Source of the DNA: Lingula anatina
Taxonomy: Eukaryota > Animalia > Brachiopoda
Reading direction: 5' to 3'
NCBI GenBank assembly: GCA_051362555.1
Contig: CM120640.1
Location: 69,046,788-69,110,787, forward strand
Length of the DNA stretch: 64,000 nucleotides
Numbering within the stretch: position 1 is the first letter of the stretch; the number at the start of each line of letters is the position of its first letter. Under the pieces are notes generated by a model, which saw nothing but the letters and a program-made list of their open reading frames with translations, had not been told where the DNA came from and made no database searches. Shown here one piece after another: positions 1 through 30,691 of this stretch. The translations under genes and the position numbers were made by a program.

Positions 1-1578
1 AGCCTTATTAACCAATTCATCAATAAGAATAATAAGTTATACGCATGTTTTATAGATCTTAAAAAAGCTTTTGATAGCGTGTGGATTGAAGGTCTATTCC
101 TCAAAGTATTAAAACAAAAAATAGGAGGAAACTTTTACAGAACAATAAAACACATGTATCAAACTACAGAGCTGTGTGTCAAAATTGGCCAAAGACGCAC
201 AAACTACTTTAAGACAGATATAGGAATAAGGCAAGGTGACAGCTTGAGTCCAATGCTTTTTAATATTTACATAGATGATATGAAAAATATATTCAACAGC
301 ACATGTGATCCCGTAAAAGTTAATGCCAACACTACAATCAGTCACCTTTTATATGCTGATGACCTCGTTATTCTATCTAAATCTGCAAAGGGCCTACAAA
401 AAAGTCTGGACAATCTGGGGGACTACTGCAAAAAATGGAAACTCACAGTCAATACCAACAAAACGAAAGTAATGGTATTTAGTAAGTCAGGCAAAAAACC
501 AAACATGAATTTCACAATAGACCATCAAACAATAGAAATAACACATGAATATAATTATTTAGGGATAAAATTCAAACCGAATGGATCATTCAAAAGCGCA
601 CTTGATGATCTGAAAGGTAAAGCCATGAAGGCGGTTTTTGCAGTTAAGCAGGCTTTACAGTCCACCACCCACAATATGACCCAGACACATTTAAAACTCT
701 TCGATGTCCTTATAAAACCCATACTGATGTACGGATGCGAAATCTGGGGACCATCAATCACATCTAAAAGCATAAAATCTCTTAAATACATGAATACTTT
801 GCCATTTGAAGTAGTACAAAATAACTATTGCAAATACATTTTAGGTGTGAGGCGCAATGCCAGTAATATAGCAGCTAAAGCAGAACTAGGTAGATTCCCA
901 ATTACACATGACATAATTGGTCATGCTACATCCTACTGGCAAAGATTTTCTGAAATGCCAAAGCAGCGCTTGGCAAAAACAATGTATGAATATGAAACAA
1001 AACATGATACACAGGTAAAAAATTGGTCAAGGGAAATCAAATACATTACTCAAAATCTAATGAAAACACAGACTAATACCCCCTCGAAAGCAGAAGTAAA
1101 GAACGCACTGGAAAGTCATTATACCCTTTTGTTTCTCAAAGAAATAGAGCGAGAAAACAGCATACTACGTACATATCGATTATTTAAAACAAATTATGAA
1201 AGGGAAGCGTACACAACAGCACCTATACCAAAACATGAAATGCAAAATTTGGCAAAATTTAGAACAGGGGCACATGACTTAGAAATCCAAAGAGGCAGAT
1301 ACCGAAAACCAAAATCAATACCCCCTGAAGAAAGGATCTGCAAGTTATGCTCAGAGGAAGTGGAAAACGAAATACACTTTCTTTTAAAATGCCCCTTACT
1401 CACCAAACACAGGGAGATCCTAAAACCAGATCCTACACAAACCCCAGAGGGTCAGTTCAAATGCATAATGCAGTCAAATGATTTACAAGTTATAAAGAAT
1501 GTGGCCCACTATATCACAATGTGTAATAAGGAAAGAAAGAATATTCTCAACCAACCACCACCTAGTCAACCAAAGTAA
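1..1578 (+). CDS. Non-LTR retrotransposon ORF2, 3' part (reverse transcriptase plus C-terminal CCHC motif), RTE-X-like clade
   Basis: Frame is open from base 1 (SLINQF...CFIDLKKAFDSVW). RT motifs GIRQGDSLSPMLF, LLYADD and YLGI are followed by KPILMYGCEIWG and a zinc-knuckle-like ICKLC...EIHFLLKC. Stop at 1576-1578. The clade call is from motif memory. Confidence 0.93.
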   Translation, partial: SLINQFINKNNKLYACFIDLKKAFDSVWIEGLFLKVLKQKIGGNFYRTIKHMYQTTELCVKIGQRRTNYFKTDIGIRQGDSLSPMLFNIYIDDMKNIFNSTCDPVKVNANTTISHLLYADDLVILSKSAKGLQKSLDNLGDYCKKWKLTVNTNKTKVMVFSKSGKKPNMNFTIDHQTIEITHEYNYLGIKFKPNGSFKSALDDLKGKAMKAVFAVKQALQSTTHNMTQTHLKLFDVLIKPILMYGCEIWGPSITSKSIKSLKYMNTLPFEVVQNNYCKYILGVRRNASNIAAKAELGRFPITHDIIGHATSYWQRFSEMPKQRLAKTMYEYETKHDTQVKNWSREIKYITQNLMKTQTNTPSKAEVKNALESHYTLLFLKEIERENSILRTYRLFKTNYEREAYTTAPIPKHEMQNLAKFRTGAHDLEIQRGRYRKPKSIPPEERICKLCSEEVENEIHFLLKCPLLTKHREILKPDPTQTPEGQFKCIMQSNDLQVIKNVAHYITMCNKERKNILNQPPPSQPK

Positions 1579-1740
1579 CTGAGCGTATACTGCAATTGTA
1601 AAATCTGATCACAGTTATTGTATAAACAATATTGTAATTTACTATTGTAATTTTAGTTATATGATTATATAATGTATACTGTTAGGTCATAGTCATTGTA
1701 AAAAATGTACTTGAACCGCAATAAATAATAATAAATAATA
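1..1740 (+). mobile_element. LINE 3' end: RT ORF, short 3' UTR and AATAAA/(TAA)n-like tail
   Basis: The ORF is followed by a ~140-bp AT-rich UTR and AATAAATAATAATAAATAATA at 1720-1740. The 5' end and TSD lie outside the window. Confidence 0.85.
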
Positions 1741-1916
1741 TGTAACTTGATGGAACACATCTTAGCAGGTGCTTGTTCCAGTAAAATTCTATCTGATAAC
1801 ATATTTATGCCCCATTTGCAGATTAATCAATCTTCTGTTTGTTTTCAGCAGCATATTGAATTGGCAATTGGTATTAAGTGGTAATTGGTAATTAGTATTT
1901 TGATGAAAAAAATGAG

Positions 1917-1986
1917 TATATAATATAATATAATATAATATAATATAATATAATATAATATAATATAATATAATATAATATAATAA
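1917..1986. repeat. (TAATA)n pentanucleotide microsatellite
   Basis: About 13 perfect units read directly. Confidence 0.97.
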
Positions 1987-2829
1987 TTTAGGGGACAAAA
2001 AAGGATAATATCTACATGTAGTCAGTAAATAGTGTAAAGGGAATATTTATAATTTCTTTCAAAAACACCTGCTAATTACCTGACCATGAAAATGAAAGGC
2101 CTTATGCTGAACATTTTGAAAAAGACAAATAAAAACAGAATGTTCAAAACGGCTACTAAAGGGGTACAAATTAACTTGCTAGGTTTTAAATTACAGTAAC
2201 TCTCACATGCATGCAGCTTCACGTTATTAAGAATCTTAGATGGGATAATTTCTTTGTGAAGTGTACGGACATTGGCCAATTCAGTTCATGGGCATTGGCC
2301 AATTCAGTTCATGACTCTACAGCTTTTCGTGGTCAATATATTGCTCTTTGTAGCAGAACATATGACAGAGCCTACAAAAAGTCTTTTCGAGAAGAGAAAA
2401 ACGTCAGCAGGACGTTGTGTTGTGGTGGCAAGATACGCCAAACGCTCTCAGAGGTTGTTAAAAATCACATTTGCATGTAAATTGTCCGACCATGACCCTG
2501 ACGATCAGCAATATCACACGCCTGTCTTGTTTTCTTTTACTGACATTGATCTGGATGCGAAAAAGACATTTACCTAAGTTATTTCTCTCCTGTCGACTGA
2601 CTTTGGAGCAAAGTCTATGGTCTCCATCACATGGCCTCGTTTTGCGTTCCGTTAAAGTAGCATAGTTATTGCCCAAAGTGAAAGCAAGCGTTATCACTAT
2701 TCGTTAGCAGCCTTGTGCCACATGCTTGTTTTTTTTAATAAATAATTCCGAAACATTAGCCTATTTTGACAATATATGATTATATGTAAGCATAATCTTT
2801 AAAATACTTTCACCACCAATTACATAAAA

Positions 2830-2850
2830 TTTCCCACAATTCCTTTCAAA

Positions 2851-2858
<8 letters not shown>
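2830..2858 (+). promoter_or_regulatory. Candidate ZNF143/Staf-like motif (TTCCCACAAT) and YY1-like motif (AAAATGGC) overlapping the LONP1 start codon
   Basis: TTTCCCACAATTCCTTTCAAAATGGCTG lies in a CpG-retaining region at the gene start. Motif identity is inference only. Confidence 0.35.
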
Positions 2859-21931
<19,073 letters not shown>

Positions 21932-24900
21932 CAGACTGGAAAGCCTGTCATCTGGCACTGGCATCAGACTTGATTTGCCAAGATAATAGTCTGTACATTC
22001 TCAAAATACACCAACATTAAGATGGATAACGTCTTACTTCCCTGGTGGTCTGTGTCAGTTAAAAATGTTTTCACAGGAAGGAGATGTTTAGTATAACCAT
22101 CGAAATCTGTCAAAAATGCACAACATTATTGATACATTTATCTTGGATTTCAATTTAACAGAGTGGCTTCCGTGTAACATTATGATAATGCTTCTGCTTT
22201 GGGCATCTTATCTGACTGATCAAGCTGTAAAAAATGTTGAAATTTTACTTTAATAGTATATGACCTCAACTGTGCAAATTATATAAACCCAATGTACTGC
22301 TAGAAGAATTAAGTAAATTGGAAATGAGGTTTTTTAAACCTGCCCAACAGGAATATCTCAGTTGTATTTTGTGTGAATACATTTCCCTGAATGACATGTC
22401 CTCAAAGGCCATTTTTGGCCTTAAAAGGTAAGCTTCTTTTTTTTTTTTCTCGGAAGGTTTTGCATTTCAAGTTGATATGTGGGCAATTATGTAGGAATAG
22501 TAGAGATAATTAATAAAATTGCATTAACGCTATATATTGCGTTTCTGCACTTATTTACCTTCTTTGTTTTCCGACTTGTTCATGATTTTGCAATTTCTTT
22601 TTTTTTTTCTTCAAAATTCATAACGATGATTGGCAAAGAAAGCGCTATGGATAAACGCCTTGAAAACCTCCGCGAGGAGATCACTGGTACTTGTTTCCCC
22701 GAGTTGCGTTCCAGGTAATCTTGTTTTCCTAGATACCCATCTAACCTTAAGCTGGCTCTGAGTCTAAGAAGGCTGGACGGTCGAGCAAGAAATGGGTATG
22801 TCAACTATTTCACCTTTTTAGACAACAAACCCAGAATAATACTAATAAAAGGACCATACAAGTTTCGTTATTTCATAATGTCAATGTATTGTTGGAGCGA
22901 TAATGCAACAAATGTGAATAACGCTAAAATTATCACGTTGTCAACACCCAGAAAAACAATGTTACAATACAACGATACTCTGACAACTTTTTTCTAACGG
23001 TAAATTCGACAACATTTTGCAGACAGTGTAGCGGCATTTCCTTCGAGTTACAACTGCAATATTGTCGTCTCTTGGAAAACTTTCATACAGGTCAGTTTCC
23101 TGTGAGAAGAATTACCGTCCTGGCAGCTGCCGCCTGCTCAGTTGCCTTGATCGACAAAACGGTACATAAAAGATTATTAAACTAAAATCAACTTTGCCAT
23201 CCGTAGTCTCACGTATGTATCAATTGTGGTTCATAGATAGGTTCAGTAAATCTTGACAAAATATAATATTTATAACAAACAGTGGTGCAGTAAAGAAAGT
23301 TTATTATTATCATTATTATTATTAAATCATATTGGCACGCACAATATACAGTTAGTCGTATTTCCAAAAACTATATAAACCAATACATCCAGAGTCACGA
23401 GCAGTTGGCGAAAACCAGTTATAAGCGGATTAGGCGTATGCTTTTTAATTATCACTCGGAACAAAAGTGCACACATGGTTTATCTTGAAACCTTGGAATG
23501 GGTTCACCTATTTGACGTGGCTCTTTGTCACCTGTGATCATTATGGATGGGGCTTCTTCGAAACGTGTGACGCTATTGTATTTAAGGAACTGGTGAATTA
23601 TAGTTTTTCGTCTGAAGTTGTAAACGTATAACATGATGTTCCAGTCTGTGTCAAGTTACTTTTGGGAAACGTGCAATGATTCAAACTTTTCAAGACTTTT
23701 GTTTGAAAAATGTTATAACGGAAGGCATTTCTAACTATAATGAACAAGTCCGCTAATACTTGGGAGTTTCATGATACGCAAACTGCAGTCGGGTTTAGCC
23801 CCTGTAGGTAACGGCAGAAGCCAGCACTTCTCCATCCTGCGATTCAACGCGCATTTTCAGAAAAGTACATATTAACTGCTTTTTTGGTCCAGTTAAAAAC
23901 AGGATATTGCTATCGCCTTGCCGGACGTTCGCGGCAACCTGCCGCGGTATTATTCATATTGGAATTTAATTCACTTTCGCTCAGATGGAAATAGCTCGCC
24001 AACAACGCATAACCCACTTTCGTAGAGCTTTATCGAAAGTCAATGATAATGTAGTTTGTGCAATTCTTTCCAAAGTTTCGATCTAAAATCCAGTTTCACT
24101 TCCTTGGTTTGAATTCGTGTATTAAATGTTTCAGTGAAAATGGGCGTCTGAGGTTTAAAAAAGTACCTAGATAATTTATACAGTGTATCATTTGATTGGC
24201 TAAAGTAGACCGTAGTAAATTGTACATATCTCCACAGTTTATAATATAATCATTTTAGACGTTAATTACAAGTTCAATAAATATAACCAATTAAAATTCG
24301 GCACACTGAATAATATTTATGCTGTAGATTTAACAAGAGACCGTAATTTTCCTCTGTTTCATTTCCAATGTAGTATCTTTATTATTATTAATTATCATTA
24401 TTTTTGACATGGTACTGCCTGTAGGCCTAATACATAATCTCACATATTCTAAATACATATCCCAACTTTTAAAATGTCAGTAAAATATATAACAGAAATG
24501 TTTGAACATGCCTTTACCAGTATAAGACAATACCAATGTAAAATTTCGATCTATAACACTATACTTAGTGTACTTAGTCATGCTTTACATATTTACTGGC
24601 GGCGGTTCCAGGATATCATAACGGGACAGGGGGGACAAAGAGACGATCAGCCAGGTTAAACACCCCCTCCTCCGTCAATAATAATTGATCCATATAAAAC
24701 AAAGCTATATAGTCGGCAAGGGAGGTGGATCCGCAGTTCTGTTATGGAATGGGGGGGGGAGAGGCATTGGACATGCCTGAGACATGAATTTGTGTGTGTG
24801 CATGTGTGTGTTAGTGTATGTGTAGATATATATACAAGAAAAGTTTTCGTATTCGCTGTAATATTTTTTCTCAATAAAACACGTAACATAAGACGTCGCT

Positions 24901-25068
24901 GCTATTGCGTATCCGGAATTCTACATGATAGCCAAAGCTAAAGCATATTTCCGCGTTGGAACCATCAGCCACGACCTTTCATTATATATAATACTCTCGT
25001 TGGTAAGGCTTATTCATTTGCGGCACCCTAGAATCTATATATATTTTTTTGTCCGTTTGAAGTAATGT

Positions 25069-25376
25069 TCATTCTTTCAGTTTGTGCCACTGTGCAATCT
25101 GTTTTCTGGGACAGTTCACTACTTCACTCCAGTGGCACAATTCATTCCCCTTAGTATGTACACCCAGGTCCAGTCTGCCTATGACCTCGTTCTTGGTGAC
25201 ACGATCGTAGTCTAAGAGAAGCAGTTCCAGACCAATGTTTTCGAGGCCTTCGTTCGAGGGTACGTCAAATACGAAAGATTCGTTGAAAACTGGATTGACG
25301 GTTCTTTTCTTGACGTGGGTTTTCTTTTTCGCAACACGTTGGCCGTCGTATAACAAATAAATCTTTACATATGGAT
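25069..25376 (-). pseudogene. SYT4: Duplicated copy of the SYT4 terminal exon (C2B C-terminal half); orphan or alternative last exon
   Basis: Identical to 30692-30999 with an intact acceptor. It lies downstream of the proximal copy in SYT4 orientation. Confidence 0.85.
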
Positions 25377-27407
25377 CTGGAAAAAGAAGATGAAGAAGAT
25401 AAATTACACTATTTCATACATATATAATGATCCATTTTATAATGACATTTAACGTTCATAATATATATTTATTGCACGACATTTCGTGTGTTGATAATTT
25501 CCTCCACCAGATTCGTCTAACACTGAGAATAAACAGTAATGGCCAACGGGAGGTTTATTCTTTTTTGTCTGATATTACAAAATGCCTAACATAATTTTTG
25601 GTAGTGAATAAAAACGTCACGGGCAATGGGAAACTTCAGATATCCAAAGCTTTTCTTTAACTCTGTTAGATGTAAGACAGACAAAGTAATTATAGTACCA
25701 TTACACATTCCCACGAGACAAGCCTTGCGACCAGTGCCAATAACACAAAAGTAATATCCTTTGACGTATTGGCTGCCATGCAAATATTTTGTTTGTATCT
25801 ATTCTAATGTAGAGTTGACATGCCAGGCTTCCAGATAGTTTGCTATCATCTCGATATTCTCAGAGTTCACCATTTACGTAGTTCCATCAGTTAATTGGAG
25901 ATCGCAGTCAGATATAGTTTCTACAGGAAATTGGGTTGGCTTTGCATAATATGCAGGAACACAGCTACAGGTCGCTCAGATTCACATTATTTGAAGCAGC
26001 CTGTCTTTTACTAGATACACCAGCGGCATTTACTAATGTTATAACAGTATTTATTCTTAGGTTCGCGGTAGCAATAAAACAGACCGTGGTGGGCGGTACT
26101 CGAAATTTTTGGTTTGCTCTAATTACAGTGGTCGCGCTAATTGGCAGTCAGTTTCTGCTTAGAGAGACCCTAATATCTTCTTAAATTTATTACTTTTGAT
26201 TTAAGTGAGTTCTGATGTTTTGGTTACCAACCCTGAGTAAAGTGGTTCATTAATTATTATTGGCCTCGAGGGAGGGTTTCTGCACTGTGACGCCATATTG
26301 ATATTGGGACAGTAAAATATTTGTGTCGGTGTCATTGTCGGCGTGAAGGGTTACTTTCGTACGTGTGCTTCTCTGTATAATGTGTGACACATTAATTATT
26401 AAAGGTCAGGTGATGATACTTAGTAGGAACATTGGTCATGACCACTAGAGGTGCCTAATAAATATTCAGGTCAAAGTTCAACCCCACCCTCAATTTGAAT
26501 TTGTTTCAAATTGCATATTTGCAGTGTACTCATTTTTACATATTGTATAGTGTAAACTCTCCAAAGGAAAAAAAAGGGTTAAGTTACTACAAAGTTGAAT
26601 CGAAAGTCTTACACGAACATTTCAATATTGATAGTGGATTTGACCTTTGGCCATTTATACAAGGTCAAAGTGGGATTGGAGATGATTATGAAGTTATAAA
26701 TATTATTTGTTGTATAAATGTCAGGACTATAGACATTTATATTATGATTGATACAATGGATATTTTATTTCTGACCCAAGATTAAGATGTTAATATATGC
26801 CACCTATACACAGAGTGCAGTTTTTAAGAAAAAATATTGTCTGCCATCTTATGTCATACAGCAATAAATGTTCTACTTAAGTTATGCTCCTGGGGTAAAA
26901 AATAGCCACAATAGTGTAACCTGTTATGTGAGGTTTAGTGGGTGCAGGGTAATTTATAGTGTTTGTGACTGTTCTAGTTTTTGCATGATGTTTTTACATT
27001 AATTTTAACTGAATGACTGATTAAACAGCAGGATAATTACCACAGTTATCATTGTTACTGCTTTATCAGTACCTTGTAAAGGAAATTACATATCACCAAA
27101 ATGTTGACTCACTTAACAAATAGCTGCTTCAGTGTGCATAATATTTAGAAATGAAAACATAGACATCATCTCAGTAAATTAATCTCATGTTTCTCATTGA
27201 CTTGCCCAAAGTTTCAGGATGAATTCTGGGCTCTTGATCTTTAGCTTGTCTTTACTGATAAACAAAAGGGTTTTAATTTTTTTCTTTTATATTTCATAAC
27301 TAATCACTGAAACTCTTTTATTTAGCTTTGGTCACCCCTATTTGATTCTTACAGAGATCCCACCTTATCCCATCAATAATATAAATATGTTTCTCTTTTT
27401 TTTTCAG

Positions 27408-27554
27408 GCAAAGCGTGTGGACGTGAACTGCATCATACTGCCTGCAGAAAACAAAAAGGACTTTGCCGACTTGCCCAACTTCATCACTGAGGGGCTCGAG
27501 GTTCACTTTGTAGATAACTACCAAGAAATATACGATACTGTTTTTGATTCCTAA
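27408..27554 (+). pseudogene. LONP1: Duplicated copy of the LONP1 terminal exon; orphan or alternative last exon
   Basis: Identical to 21785-21931 ([19 protein letters not shown]...VFDS*) with an intact polypyrimidine tract and AG. Confidence 0.85.
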
Positions 27555-30500
27555 CAGACTGGAAAGCCTGTCATCTGGCACTGGCATCAGACTTGATTTG
27601 CCAAGATAATAGTCTGTACATTCTCAAAATACACCAACATTAAGATGGATAACGTCTTACTTCCCTGGTGGTCTGTGTCAGTTAAAAATGTTTTCACAGG
27701 AAGGAGATGTTTAGTATAACCATCGAAATCTGTCAAAAATGCACAACATTATTGATACATTTATCTTGGATTTCAATTTAACAGAGTGGCTTCCGTGTAA
27801 CATTATGATAATGCTTCTGCTTTGGGCATCTTATCTGACTGATCAAGCTGTAAAAAATGTTGAAATTTTACTTTAATAGTATATGACCTCAACTGTGCAA
27901 ATTATATAAACCCAATGTACTGCTAGAAGAATTAAGTAAATTGGAAATGAGGTTTTTTAAACCTGCCCAACAGGAATATCTCAGTTGTATTTTGTGTGAA
28001 TACATTTCCCTGAATGACATGTCCTCAAAGGCCATTTTTGGCCTTAAAAGGTAAGCTTCTTTTTTTTTTTTCTCGGAAGGTTTTGCATTTCAAGTTGATA
28101 TGTGGGCAATTATGTAGGAATAGTAGAGATAATTAATAAAATTGCATTAACGCTATATATTGCGTTTCTGCACTTATTTACCTTCTTTGTTTTCCGACTT
28201 GTTCATGATTTTGCAATTTCTTTTTTTTTTTCTTCAAAATTCATAACGATGATTGGCAAAGAAAGCGCTATGGATAAACGCCTTGAAAACCTCCGCGAGG
28301 AGATCACTGGTACTTGTTTCCCCGAGTTGCGTTCCAGGTAATCTTGTTTTCCTAGATACCCATCTAACCTTAAGCTGGCTCTGAGTCTAAGAAGGCTGGA
28401 CGGTCGAGCAAGAAATGGGTATGTCAACTATTTCACCTTTTTAGACAACAAACCCAGAATAATACTAATAAAAGGACCATACAAGTTTCGTTATTTCATA
28501 ATGTCAATGTATTGTTGGAGCGATAATGCAACAAATGTGAATAACGCTAAAATTATCACGTTGTCAACACCCAGAAAAACAATGTTACAATACAACGATA
28601 CTCTGACAACTTTTTTCTAACGGTAAATTCGACAACATTTTGCAGACAGTGTAGCGGCATTTCCTTCGAGTTACAACTGCAATATTGTCGTCTCTTGGAA
28701 AACTTTCATACAGGTCAGTTTCCTGTGAGAAGAATTACCGTCCTGGCAGCTGCCGCCTGCTCAGTTGCCTTGATCGACAAAACGGTACATAAAAGATTAT
28801 TAAACTAAAATCAACTTTGCCATCCGTAGTCTCACGTATGTATCAATTGTGGTTCATAGATAGGTTCAGTAAATCTTGACAAAATATAATATTTATAACA
28901 AACAGTGGTGCAGTAAAGAAAGTTTATTATTATCATTATTATTATTAAATCATATTGGCACGCACAATATACAGTTAGTCGTATTTCCAAAAACTATATA
29001 AACCAATACATCCAGAGTCACGAGCAGTTGGCGAAAACCAGTTATAAGCGGATTAGGCGTATGCTTTTTAATTATCACTCGGAACAAAAGTGCACACATG
29101 GTTTATCTTGAAACCTTGGAATGGGTTCACCTATTTGACGTGGCTCTTTGTCACCTGTGATCATTATGGATGGGGCTTCTTCGAAACGTGTGACGCTATT
29201 GTATTTAAGGAACTGGTGAATTATAGTTTTTCGTCTGAAGTTGTAAACGTATAACATGATGTTCCAGTCTGTGTCAAGTTACTTTTGGGAAACGTGCAAT
29301 GATTCAAACTTTTCAAGACTTTTGTTTGAAAAATGTTATAACGGAAGGCATTTCTAACTATAATGAACAAGTCCGCTAATACTTGGGAGTTTCATGATAC
29401 GCAAACTGCAGTCGGGTTTAGCCCCTGTAGGTAACGGCAGAAGCCAGCACTTCTCCATCCTGCGATTCAACGCGCATTTTCAGAAAAGTACATATTAACT
29501 GCTTTTTTGGTCCAGTTAAAAACAGGATATTGCTATCGCCTTGCCGGACGTTCGCGGCAACCTGCCGCGGTATTATTCATATTGGAATTTAATTCACTTT
29601 CGCTCAGATGGAAATAGCTCGCCAACAACGCATAACCCACTTTCGTAGAGCTTTATCGAAAGTCAATGATAATGTAGTTTGTGCAATTCTTTCCAAAGTT
29701 TCGATCTAAAATCCAGTTTCACTTCCTTGGTTTGAATTCGTGTATTAAATGTTTCAGTGAAAATGGGCGTCTGAGGTTTAAAAAAGTACCTAGATAATTT
29801 ATACAGTGTATCATTTGATTGGCTAAAGTAGACCGTAGTAAATTGTACATATCTCCACAGTTTATAATATAATCATTTTAGACGTTAATTACAAGTTCAA
29901 TAAATATAACCAATTAAAATTCGGCACACTGAATAATATTTATGCTGTAGATTTAACAAGAGACCGTAATTTTCCTCTGTTTCATTTCCAATGTAGTATC
30001 TTTATTATTATTAATTATCATTATTTTTGACATGGTACTGCCTGTAGGCCTAATACATAATCTCACATATTCTAAATACATATCCCAACTTTTAAAATGT
30101 CAGTAAAATATATAACAGAAATGTTTGAACATGCCTTTACCAGTATAAGACAATACCAATGTAAAATTTCGATCTATAACACTATACTTAGTGTACTTAG
30201 TCATGCTTTACATATTTACTGGCGGCGGTTCCAGGATATCATAACGGGACAGGGGGGACAAAGAGACGATCAGCCAGGTTAAACACCCCCTCCTCCGTCA
30301 ATAATAATTGATCCATATAAAACAAAGCTATATAGTCGGCAAGGGAGGTGGATCCGCAGTTCTGTTATGGAATGGGGGGGGGAGAGGCATTGGACATGCC
30401 TGAGACATGAATTTGTGTGTGTGCATGTGTGTGTTAGTGTATGTGTAGATATATATACAAGAAAAGTTTTCGTATTCGCTGTAATATTTTTTCTCAATAA

Positions 30501-30691
30501 AACACGTAACATAAGACGTCGCTGCTATTGCGTATCCGGAATTCTACATGATAGCCAAAGCTAAAGCATATTTCCGCGTTGGAACCATCAGCCACGACCT
30601 TTCATTATATATAATACTCTCGTTGGTAAGGCTTATTCATTTGCGGCACCCTAGAATCTATATATATTTTTTTGTCCGTTTGAAGTAATGT

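Noticed and set aside
1789-1998. ORF with YYIIL repeats
   Set aside because: It is a translation of the (TAATA)n microsatellite.
2311-2577. 88-codon + ORF with a hydrophobic start and KR sites, resembling a secreted peptide precursor
   Set aside because: No recognisable family or splice support. It lies in the LONP1 promoter region, where overlapping chance ORFs occur in several frames.
22479-22804. Short ORFs between the LONP1 and SYT4 3' ends, repeated at +5623
   Set aside because: No recognisable homology. The recurrence is explained by the duplication.
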